64,000 bases of DNA, from positions 417-64,416 of the forward strand of contig JBKDBG010000033.1 of the NCBI GenBank assembly GCA_046314755.1, in the 5' to 3' direction. The DNA is from Bacteroidota bacterium. GTDB taxonomy: Bacteria > Bacteroidota > Bacteroidia > UKL13-3. Positions 55,976-64,000 of the stretch are shown here, piece after piece. The notes under the pieces are model-generated. The model saw only the letters and a program-made list of their open reading frames with translations. It was not told the origin of the DNA and made no database searches. Each line of letters opens with the position of its first letter. The first letter of the stretch is position 1. Both the position numbers and the translations under genes were made by a program.

Positions 55976-58000
55976 ATGAGTTATATGAAGTACCGTGTAT
56001 TATTGTTCAGTGCTGCAGGTTTAATTGCAACTGCCGTTCAAGCACAAAAAGCGAAACCCAAAACGAGTAAACCGTTAACCAAACCGGTGGTTCAGGCACC
56101 CGTTACAGCCAACAACCCGTGGGTATTTACATACGGAACCGATACGGTTTACAAAAACGAATTCGAACGTTTGCTTACCAAAAACCGTAATCCAAAAGAA
56201 ACGCCAACCGAAGAAAATGTAAGAGAGTACTTAGAGTTGTACCAAAACTTTAAGATGAAAGTGAGAGAGGCTAAATTGATGCAATTGGATACTTTCACCT
56301 CATTTAAAACGGAGTTGGCAGGATATCGTAAGCAATTGGCCAATCCTTATTTAACCGATAAAAAAGTTACGGACGGTTTGATTAAAGAAGCCTACGAACA
56401 CATGCAAACAGAGGTTAAGGCCAGTCATATTTTAGTTACTTGCTCTGAAAATGCAAAACCGGCCGACACTTTAGCCGCTTACAATAAAATTTTAGCGTTA
56501 CGTAATCGCATAGTTAAAGGCGAAGCGTTTGACAGTGTTGCTGCAAAAGAATCACAAGATCCATCGGCTGTATCAAACTATGGCAATTTGGGTTGGTTTA
56601 GTGCCTTCGATATGATTTACGATTTCGAAAAAATGGCATACACTACACCAAAAGGTCAATTGTCAATGCCATTCCGCACACGCTTTGGTTACCATATTAT
56701 AAAAGTTGCCGATAAACGTGCCGCACGCGGTGAAGTAAAAGTACAACACTTGATGCGTACCACAGGTGAAAATGCAACTACAGAAACACGTATGCAACAG
56801 AAACAATTAACCGACAGCATTTGGAACATGATTAAAAACGGCAATCAATCATTTGATGATATGGTGGCACAATACAGCCAAGATGAAGGCAGCAAGCCAA
56901 ACAAAGGCATCATGAACTGGATTAGCAGCGGAAGCCGTTTCCCTGAGGAGTTTAAAGAGGTTGCCTTCAATTTAGAAAAAGGCGATGTGTCAGCTGTTTT
57001 CAGTACTTCATACGGTTATCATATTATTAAATTGGTTGATAAAAAACCAATACCTGCACTTAAAGAAATTGAAGAAACCATTAAAACAAAAATCAGTAGA
57101 GACAGCCGTGCCGAAAGCACTAAATCTGCCGTAGCACAACGGATTAAAAAAGAAAATAACTTTACTGAAAATGTAGCCAACTTTAAAACATTTGCCTCAT
57201 CATGCGACAGCAGCATGTTTATGGACGGATTTGAATTAGACGAATCGAAATATGGTAAAAAAGAATTGTTTAAACTCGGCAATAAAACTTACAACGATTT
57301 AGATTTTGCAAAATATTTGGTAAACAGCCATGATTATTTTCAACCGGGACAATCGGTTTACATGATGGTGAGTAACATTTACAAACGTTATGTAGAAGAA
57401 AAGGCTTTGGGTTTTGAAGAAACACAACTTGAAGAAAAATACGAAGACTTTAGAAATTTAATGCAAGAGTATCATGATGGCATTTTGTTGTTTGACTTAA
57501 CCGATAAAATGGTTTGGGGTAAAGCAGGCATTGATACAAGCGGACTTGAGAAATTTCATGAGGCCAACAAAAACAAATACATGTGGAAAGACCGTGTACG
57601 TGTGTTAACTTACAGTTGCCTTGACGAAAAAACCAAAAAAGCTGCCATGAAAATGGCCATGGCCGGAAAAACTGCCGATGAAATAAAAGCCAAACTCGCC
57701 AAAAAAATTACCGGTGCCGTGGTGGTAGTTGAACAAAAAGCCGAAAAGGGTGAGAATGTAAACTTAGATAAACTTTACAACGCGAAAGGTATAGTAGATA
57801 TTCCGAATGAAAACGGACAATTTAAATTCTATTATGTTGTAGGTATTGTAGGACCTGAGCCTAAAACCTTAAAAGAGGCAAAAGGACTTGTTACCAGTGA
57901 TTACCAATCGTATTTAGAGAAAGAATGGATTAAATCATTACGCGCCAAGTATCCGGTTACCGTTAATGAAGAAGTGATAAAAACACTATTTAAAAAATAG
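55976..58000 (+). CDS. Large SurA-like parvulin-type peptidyl-prolyl isomerase
   Basis: Signal peptide. Two PpiC-type domains (ASHILV...GNLGWFSAFDM...FGYHIIKV and a second ...YGYHIIKL). An alternative start lies at 55985. Confidence 0.85.
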   Translation: MSYMKYRVLLFSAAGLIATAVQAQKAKPKTSKPLTKPVVQAPVTANNPWVFTYGTDTVYKNEFERLLTKNRNPKETPTEENVREYLELYQNFKMKVREAKLMQLDTFTSFKTELAGYRKQLANPYLTDKKVTDGLIKEAYEHMQTEVKASHILVTCSENAKPADTLAAYNKILALRNRIVKGEAFDSVAAKESQDPSAVSNYGNLGWFSAFDMIYDFEKMAYTTPKGQLSMPFRTRFGYHIIKVADKRAARGEVKVQHLMRTTGENATTETRMQQKQLTDSIWNMIKNGNQSFDDMVAQYSQDEGSKPNKGIMNWISSGSRFPEEFKEVAFNLEKGDVSAVFSTSYGYHIIKLVDKKPIPALKEIEETIKTKISRDSRAESTKSAVAQRIKKENNFTENVANFKTFASSCDSSMFMDGFELDESKYGKKELFKLGNKTYNDLDFAKYLVNSHDYFQPGQSVYMMVSNIYKRYVEEKALGFEETQLEEKYEDFRNLMQEYHDGILLFDLTDKMVWGKAGIDTSGLEKFHEANKNKYMWKDRVRVLTYSCLDEKTKKAAMKMAMAGKTADEIKAKLAKKITGAVVVVEQKAEKGENVNLDKLYNAKGIVDIPNENGQFKFYYVVGIVGPEPKTLKEAKGLVTSDYQSYLEKEWIKSLRAKYPVTVNEEVIKTLFKK

Positions 58001-58004
58001 CCCG

Positions 58005-58037
58005 AAATAAAGCTGCTTAAGGCAGCTTTATTTTTTA
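58005..58037 (+). terminator. Rho-independent terminator
   Basis: AAAGCTGC-TTAAG-GCAGCTTT stem-loop followed by ATTTTTT. Confidence 0.75.
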
Positions 58038-58138
58038 GGACTGAATAGTGGCAAGTATCCTTATTTATCCTTTTTTTGTATACAAGATTGCATGGGAGGT
58101 ATACTACTTCCAATTGCTTATCGTTTTGAATATTACCT

Positions 58139-59500
58139 ATGAACAAAATAGTTTCCATGTTAATTCTCCTGTTGTGCGGCTTAACAACAAAAGCACAATT
58201 AAACGGACAGCTGCTTGATGAAATTGCTGCCGTGGTGGGAGATAACATCATTATGCAATCAGAAATTGATGTAGAGTTTCAGCAACTGCAAAAAGAACTT
58301 GGTGAGATGCATGATAGTGTGAAGTGTGTCATTCTTCGTCAAAAACTGGTTGAAAAAATGTTGCTCACTCAAGCCCAATGGGATAGTGTTCCGTTAGCTG
58401 ATGAGCGAGTTGACATGGAATTGGAAAAACGTATCAAATTTTTTGCCTCACAATTTCCCGGAGGTGAAAAAGAAATGGAAAGCTATTACGGAAAAACCAT
58501 TAGTGAAATTAAAGCCACCAACCGCGAAAAAATTAAACAAAACATGTTGGTGCAAGAAATGCAGGGTAAGTTGCTTAGAGATATAAAAGTATCGCCAACG
58601 GATGTTAAAAAATATTTTAACGAGTTAGATAAGTTAGACAGCTTACCCTATTACAGTGCCGAAATTGAATTGGCACAAATTGTAATTATGCCTAAGGTGA
58701 GCAAAGAAGCCAAAGAATTGGCGCATCAAAAAATTACCGAACTGCGCGACCGTGTATTGCAAGGAGATAACTTTGCAACCTTAGCATTAATTTACAGTGA
58801 TGATAAAGGCTCGGCACAACGCAGAGGAGAGTTGGGCATGTTTACCCGCGGTGATATGGTTCCGGAGTTTGAGGCGACAGCTTATAAACTCAAACCTGAT
58901 AGTGTTTCTAAAATTGTTGAAACCAAATTTGGCTACCATATTCTGCAGTTGATTGAGCGCAAAGGTGAAAACATTAATGTAAGACATATCCTTATTAGGC
59001 CGCAAATTTTCAGAAGTGATATTAATAAGGCCAAAGATTTATTAGATAGCATTTTGTGGTTGGTAAAAATAGATTCGATGAAGTTTGAAGACGCTGCCAA
59101 AAAATACAGCGATGACGAAAATACCAAAGCCAACGGAGGCTACTTTTCTGACGGGCAAGTTGGCTCAACCAAAGTGCCTATTGATGAATTGCCAAAAGAT
59201 ATTTATTACTTAATTGATAAATTAGAGCCGGGTCAGGTATCGGAGCCTGAATTAATTACTTTACCAACGCCCGACAGACAACAAGCTTGGCGTGTGTTTT
59301 ACGTAAAAAGTATTTCAGCACCTCACCGTGCCAATTTAAAAGACGACTATCAAAAAATGCAGGCACTTGCCTTGCAACGCAAACAAAATCAAACTATGCA
59401 AAATTGGATTGAGAAACACAAAAATGTGTTTTACTTGCATATTAGCGATCAATACAAAAACTGCAACAGCATACAAGATTTTTATAAAAAGAGCAACTAA
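58139..59500 (+). CDS. SurA-type periplasmic chaperone / peptidyl-prolyl isomerase
   Basis: The SurA N-terminal domain start is DEIAAVVGDNIIMQSEID. The parvulin domain motifs are GELGMFTRGDMVPEF...FGYHILQL. Confidence 0.85.
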   Translation: MNKIVSMLILLLCGLTTKAQLNGQLLDEIAAVVGDNIIMQSEIDVEFQQLQKELGEMHDSVKCVILRQKLVEKMLLTQAQWDSVPLADERVDMELEKRIKFFASQFPGGEKEMESYYGKTISEIKATNREKIKQNMLVQEMQGKLLRDIKVSPTDVKKYFNELDKLDSLPYYSAEIELAQIVIMPKVSKEAKELAHQKITELRDRVLQGDNFATLALIYSDDKGSAQRRGELGMFTRGDMVPEFEATAYKLKPDSVSKIVETKFGYHILQLIERKGENINVRHILIRPQIFRSDINKAKDLLDSILWLVKIDSMKFEDAAKKYSDDENTKANGGYFSDGQVGSTKVPIDELPKDIYYLIDKLEPGQVSEPELITLPTPDRQQAWRVFYVKSISAPHRANLKDDYQKMQALALQRKQNQTMQNWIEKHKNVFYLHISDQYKNCNSIQDFYKKSN

Positions 59501-59505
59501 ACAGC

Positions 59506-60474
59506 ATGAACCAAATATTTGAAAATGACGTGCAAGCTGCTGATGCCTTGCATCAAAAATATAAAGCATTAAAAGCAGAAATCGGGAAAGTAATCGTTGG
59601 TCAGCATGATGTGGTTGATGCCGTGTTGATGTCGATTTTTGCCAACGGGCATACCTTGCTTGTTGGTGTTCCGGGCCTTGCTAAAACATTGTTGGTACGA
59701 ACCATTGCCGAGGTTCTTGATTTAAATTTTAGTCGTATACAATTTACTCCCGACTTAATGCCAAGTGACATTACCGGAAGTGAAATACTAAATGATAAAC
59801 GTGAATTCAGTTTTGTTCGCGGGCCGTTATTTGCAAACATTGTATTGGCCGATGAAATCAACCGAACACCGCCAAAAACGCAGGCGGCTTTACTTGAAGC
59901 CATGCAAGAAAAAAACGTTACCGTAAATGGTAGAATTCATAAATTAGAACAACCTTTTTTTGTACTTGCTACACAAAACCCTATTGAGCAAGAAGGAACA
60001 TATCCTTTGCCGGAAGCGCAACTCGACCGATTTATGTTTAATGTAATTTTGGGATATCCAAAATTAGAAGAAGAAATAGAAGTAATTAAGCGCACCACAG
60101 GAAACGAATCAAGTGAATTAAAAAAGATACTTCATGCCAATGAAATATTGCAATTTCAACAACTGGTTAGAAAAGTTCCTGTTACGGATAATGTGCTTGA
60201 ATATGCAGTAAAACTTGTTGCTAAAACAAGGCCTCAAACCGAATTGGCAACTGCGCATGTAAATGAATACATCAGCTATGGTGCCGGACCGAGAGCCGGA
60301 CAATATTTAATTCTTGGCGCTAAATGCCATGCTTTATTAAGTGGCAGATACAGCCCCGATATTGAAGATGTAAAAGCAGTTGCATATAACGTGCTACGCC
60401 ACCGCGTGGTTAAAAATTACAAAGCAGAGGCGGAAGGATTAAGTATTGAAGATATTATCAAAGAATTGCTGTAA
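59506..60474 (+). CDS. MoxR-family AAA+ ATPase
   Basis: Walker A GVPGLAKT, Walker B LADEINR, the ATQNP sensor motif and the C-terminal AAA-lid typical of MoxR. Confidence 0.9.
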   Translation: MNQIFENDVQAADALHQKYKALKAEIGKVIVGQHDVVDAVLMSIFANGHTLLVGVPGLAKTLLVRTIAEVLDLNFSRIQFTPDLMPSDITGSEILNDKREFSFVRGPLFANIVLADEINRTPPKTQAALLEAMQEKNVTVNGRIHKLEQPFFVLATQNPIEQEGTYPLPEAQLDRFMFNVILGYPKLEEEIEVIKRTTGNESSELKKILHANEILQFQQLVRKVPVTDNVLEYAVKLVAKTRPQTELATAHVNEYISYGAGPRAGQYLILGAKCHALLSGRYSPDIEDVKAVAYNVLRHRVVKNYKAEAEGLSIEDIIKELL

Positions 60475-60494
60475 AAGTTGTACTTTTCCCATTA

Positions 60495-62012
60495 ATGAAA
60501 AGTACCGTATTTTGTTTTTTAGGGTTATTACCTCTTTTTGTTTTTTCGCAATCTGCTGAGTTCCCTTCACCCGGAACTTTGTATGATGGCAAGTTACATC
60601 GCATTCATATTTCGATGAATGAGGATAGTTTAACGGCATTATTAGCTCCCGAAAACCGTTGGACTAACCACACTTACCCCGCTGATTTTATCTATGACGG
60701 TAATGACACCTTAAAAAACATTGGAATACGCATCAAAGGGAACACATCGCGTAATGCCAAAAAACTTTCTTTTCGTTTAAGCTTTGATGAATTTGAGAAC
60801 CAAACCTATCAAGGTTTAAAAACCATTAACTTAAATGGAAACCACAACGATCCTTCGGTAAGCAGGGAACTGCTCAGCAATTATGTAATGAATGAGGCGG
60901 GTATTATTGCCACGCGTGTAAACCACATACAGCTTTATATTAATGGTGTTTATCGCGGAGTATATGCGCAAGCCGAACACATCAATAAAAAATTTTTAAC
61001 CACTCGTTTTAATGAAAGTTCGGGCAACTTATACAAGTGTTCATGGCCGGCTGATTTAACTTGGAAGGGAAGCAACCAGCAAACGTATAAAGACATCATC
61101 AACCCTAGCCCTTTAAATGAAAGAGCATATGAGTTAAAAACAAATGAATCTGTTGATGATTACAGTGATTTGGTGTTGCTCATTAATACCATTAACAATA
61201 CACCCTCTGCCCAATTTAAAAATGCAATCGACACTTTGTTTGATGTAGATGCTTTTTTAAAGGTATTAGCAGCCGAAATTTTGCTAGGACATTGGGACAA
61301 TTATGCATTCAACAAAAACAACTACTACATTTATCATCAACAACAAAAACGTAAGTTCTACTACATTCCTTACGATATGGATAATACCTTAGGCGTACAA
61401 TGGGGCTTTGGCGATGTAAACAATAGAAATGTAAACAACTGGGTAAAATCAGAGATTCCTTTGAGCAGTAAAATATTGGCTGTACCTGAATACAAATCGT
61501 TGTTTCATTTGCATATTTATAACTTATGCAATTCGGTATTTAACAGCAATAAGCTTTTTCCAAAAATTGATTCCATCAAAACTTACCTCACACCTGCAAT
61601 TGCCGTTGATTCGTTTTTTACAGGCAATTGGGAAAGTGATTATGGCTTTACGGTGAATGATTGGCAAAATTCATATAATACAGGACGAGGCGGACATGTA
61701 AGCTTCGGCATTAAACCGTTTATTGACAGCAGAGGCAGCAGTGCCTTGTCGCAAATTAATGTGAACCAAGGGGTAAAAATAAGCCATGAGAAACCTTTAT
61801 GTGTGGTGTTTCCTAATCCGGTTCAACACAGGCTTTATATTTCAGGAGAACACACCTTTGAATTAACCCTAATGGATATAACCGGAAAAACAATTTGGGA
61901 AGGGACCGGAAATGAAATCAACACTTCCGATTTAAACAATGGGATATACCATTTATTGGTTAAACACGAAAATAAAACAGCAACGTTTAAAATTGTAATT
62001 GCCCATGAATAA
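60495..62012 (+). CDS. CotH kinase-family protein with a T9SS type-A C-terminal sorting domain
   Basis: CotH core (GHWDNYAFNKNNYYIY...YIPYDMDNTLG). C-terminus VFPNPVQHRLYISG...LNNGIYHLLVK...FKIVI. Confidence 0.8.
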   Translation: MKSTVFCFLGLLPLFVFSQSAEFPSPGTLYDGKLHRIHISMNEDSLTALLAPENRWTNHTYPADFIYDGNDTLKNIGIRIKGNTSRNAKKLSFRLSFDEFENQTYQGLKTINLNGNHNDPSVSRELLSNYVMNEAGIIATRVNHIQLYINGVYRGVYAQAEHINKKFLTTRFNESSGNLYKCSWPADLTWKGSNQQTYKDIINPSPLNERAYELKTNESVDDYSDLVLLINTINNTPSAQFKNAIDTLFDVDAFLKVLAAEILLGHWDNYAFNKNNYYIYHQQQKRKFYYIPYDMDNTLGVQWGFGDVNNRNVNNWVKSEIPLSSKILAVPEYKSLFHLHIYNLCNSVFNSNKLFPKIDSIKTYLTPAIAVDSFFTGNWESDYGFTVNDWQNSYNTGRGGHVSFGIKPFIDSRGSSALSQINVNQGVKISHEKPLCVVFPNPVQHRLYISGEHTFELTLMDITGKTIWEGTGNEINTSDLNNGIYHLLVKHENKTATFKIVIAHE

Positions 62013-62334
62013 GGAAAAGCAACGCATTAAGAAGTACGAAGAGTTTTATCAATTTTACCTGAGCGAACACACCAACAGTACCTGTCGTATGTTACATTTT
62101 ATCGGAACGGCTTTAGTTTTTGTTTGCCTTGCTTTGGGCATCTACACATCAAACAGTTTATGGTATTGGCTGAGCCCGGTTGTAGGTTACGGATTTGCCT
62201 GGGTTGGTCATTTCTTTTTTGAGAAAAACAAACCTGCTACATTTCAATATCCGCTTTGGAGTTTGTTGAGTGATTTCAGGTTGTTTTTTGAAATATTAAC
62301 CGGCAAACAAAGCCTAATGATAGGTGACAAATGA
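62005..62334 (+). CDS. DUF962 (Mpo1-like) membrane protein
   Basis: HTNSTCRMLHFIGT...WVGHFFFEKNKPATFQYPLWSLLSDF is the DUF962 signature. It has an 8-nt overlap with cotH. Confidence 0.8.
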   Translation: MNKEKQRIKKYEEFYQFYLSEHTNSTCRMLHFIGTALVFVCLALGIYTSNSLWYWLSPVVGYGFAWVGHFFFEKNKPATFQYPLWSLLSDFRLFFEILTGKQSLMIGDK

Positions 62335-62933
62335 ACAGAAGTATAGCCATATTATTATCCGTTGTTTTTCATCCGATATTCGTAAATCTGCTTTGTTTAC
62401 TAAGCCTTTTGTATTGGCACCCCTTTGTAGACGCAAGTTTATCAAGTGATGGAAAATTGTTTTATACCCTTTATGTTTTCATTACAACAGCTATGATTCC
62501 CTTATTGTTGGTGGTGGCAAGAAAATTTATGGGCTACAGCAAAAGTGTAATGCTTGAAAATGCTGATGAAAGGCATGTTCCCTACATCGCTTCAGCTTGT
62601 GCCAATTTGTTCGGCTATTATTTATTCATCAAAATTGGAACACCTAAGCCATTGCAAGCATTGTTGTTGGCACAAGCTACCATTTCAGTTTTATTATTAA
62701 TCATTAATTTCAGAACTAAAATTAGTGCACATGCTACGTGTTTAGGCTGTTTAATTGGCGTGTTTTTGGCCATAAGCCCCATTGCATTTATTGATATGAG
62801 GGTACCCATTGTAATGGCCTTTATAGTGGCAGGTATTACAGCTTCCGCAAGGGTGTTTTTACAAGCACATTCGTTAGCTCAAATCTATTCAGGTTTTGCT
62901 TTGGGATTGTTTGTAATGGCTGCACTTATTTAA
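62331..62933 (+). CDS. Multi-pass membrane protein, possibly PAP2-like
   Basis: Six hydrophobic helices. The KISAHAT and SARVFLQAHSLAQ motifs only loosely resemble PAP2 motifs 2 and 3. ATGA overlap with the upstream gene. Confidence 0.55.
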   Translation: MNRSIAILLSVVFHPIFVNLLCLLSLLYWHPFVDASLSSDGKLFYTLYVFITTAMIPLLLVVARKFMGYSKSVMLENADERHVPYIASACANLFGYYLFIKIGTPKPLQALLLAQATISVLLLIINFRTKISAHATCLGCLIGVFLAISPIAFIDMRVPIVMAFIVAGITASARVFLQAHSLAQIYSGFALGLFVMAALI

Positions 62934-63673
62934 TTGCACAGAAAATAAAAATCTCCACCTTCATAGGTTAAAGCCTCCTTTTTTTGTATAGGAACCAGTT
63001 GATTTTGCTGCAAAGCAAATACGCGGTAACCTAGAGGGGACAACAAGTTGATAATGGCTGAACGATTTTCAGAAGAACTGATTTCAATTTGAATCATCGG
63101 TTTACAACGATCAATTGTTTTCATCATGTGAGGAAAGAGTAGTACCTCATATCCTTCTACATCGCACTTGATAAAATCAATACGTGCATAAGGAGCAAAC
63201 AATTCATCAGGCACACACATTTCAACTTCATAAGTTTGCATCATCGTAGCATCATTATCCTCAACAACTTTGGTTAAACCATGACGAAAAACGCCATCAA
63301 TCATAGGCGTTCCCATGGTTATTTTTTTGCGCTCCCCACCTAGTGCATTTCGCAAAAGCGTTACGTTGCTTAAACCAAACTTTTGAAGGTTTAATTCGAA
63401 AACATTGGCAAACAAAGGAACGGGTTCTACAGCAATAACCTTGCCTGATGATGCAACATGGTTTGACAAGAAAGAAGAGTAATAGCCAACATTTGCACCG
63501 ATATCAATACAAACAAATCCCGGCTTAATAATTTGTTTGAGGTAAAACAACTCCGGATATTTTTTGGCCAAAAATCCCGACTTAATTAAACGAATATATA
63601 CATCACTAATCAGCGCAAGGTATTTTTCATAACCAAGTGCTTTAAGTAAAAATGCCCTGAGTTTTTTCTCCAT
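62930..63673 (-). CDS. FkbM-family SAM-dependent methyltransferase
   Basis: DIGANVGYYS SAM-binding motif and ...IKCDVEGYE, typical of the FkbM family. Confidence 0.85.
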   Translation of the reverse strand: MEKKLRAFLLKALGYEKYLALISDVYIRLIKSGFLAKKYPELFYLKQIIKPGFVCIDIGANVGYYSSFLSNHVASSGKVIAVEPVPLFANVFELNLQKFGLSNVTLLRNALGGERKKITMGTPMIDGVFRHGLTKVVEDNDATMMQTYEVEMCVPDELFAPYARIDFIKCDVEGYEVLLFPHMMKTIDRCKPMIQIEISSSENRSAIINLLSPLGYRVFALQQNQLVPIQKKEALTYEGGDFYFLCN

Positions 63674-63903
63674 TATTTTATTTCTTCATAATCAACATAC
63701 TCACCAATTTGTCCTTTCTGTTCGGTGTGTTTGGGCTGAGCATTTGTGTTTGGTTGTTGTTGTTGTGTTTGGTTGTAGTGATGATGGTGTTGTTGCGTGT
63801 TAAAATGATACACTTTTGTTTTTACCACTCCACCCAATGCCCTACCGAAAATAAGGCGGAATAGCACATAAAACAAAAACAGGTATAAAAGGAATTTAAT
63901 CAT
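63673..63903 (-). CDS. DUF4834-family small membrane protein
   Basis: N-terminal TM helix MIKFLLYLFLFYVLFRLIFG, a His/Gln-rich middle and a C-terminal GEYVDYEEIK. Confidence 0.75.
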   Translation of the reverse strand: MIKFLLYLFLFYVLFRLIFGRALGGVVKTKVYHFNTQQHHHHYNQTQQQQPNTNAQPKHTEQKGQIGEYVDYEEIK

Positions 63904-64000
63904 AACGGTATTAAACAGGGCAAAGGTAAAATTTACCTGTAAAAAAACTACACGGTTAGCCTATGATGATTTAAGGTTGGCCTAAAACAAGCGCGGGCGG

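Noticed and set aside
63740-63800. A low-complexity His/Gln run (QQHHHHYNQTQQQQ) read as a possible DNA microsatellite
   Set aside because: It lies inside the DUF4834 gene, where such linkers are common, and the DNA is not a perfect tandem repeat.
1-64000. CRISPR arrays, rRNA genes, IS elements or transposases, and prophage genes
   Set aside because: I saw no regularly spaced direct repeats, no rRNA-like sequence and no transposase, integrase or phage structural motifs in any of the translated ORFs.

Overview
This is a 64-kb chromosomal segment from a Bacteroidota-type genome. The phylum call rests on a SusC/SusD pair, T9SS type-A and type-B C-terminal sorting domains, and about 40% GC. I call about 60 CDS and one RNA gene, tRNA-Asn(GTT). 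I saw no rRNA, CRISPR array, transposase or integrase.

Most genes are housekeeping: gdh, psd, oxyR, asd, recJ, ispH, metH, menA/menC, hflX, several SurA/PpiD-like PPIases and a MoxR ATPase.

The parts worth a second look are:
1. An ECF sigma factor (29.6-41.4 kb locus) is translationally coupled to an anti-sigma-like membrane protein that ends in a T9SS type-B (gliding-motility CHU_C) sorting domain. The pair sits between two divergent giant type-B-CTD adhesin-like genes (1813 and 1539 aa), and no PorP/SprF-like partner lies next to either.
2. The paaABCD phenylacetyl-CoA epoxidase operon is interrupted twice. A four-helix-bundle (23S-IVS/Avd-like) gene bounded by perfect 15-bp inverted repeats lies between paaB and paaC. 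An imperfect palindromic element of about 87 bp lies between paaA and paaB.
3. metH lacks the homocysteine-binding module and is preceded by a 240-nt non-coding leader that is a riboswitch candidate of unassigned class.
4. A truncated copy of the tRNA-Asn 5' half, carrying an 18-nt perfect palindrome, lies just upstream of the intact tRNA.
5. A translationally coupled TM2/DUF2752/DUF4870 membrane-protein operon has a structured leader.
6. A small accessory islet holds an SRAP peptidase, a VbhA-Fic toxin-antitoxin pair and orphan secreted proteins.

All domain calls come from motif recognition by eye in the supplied translations. No database search was run.
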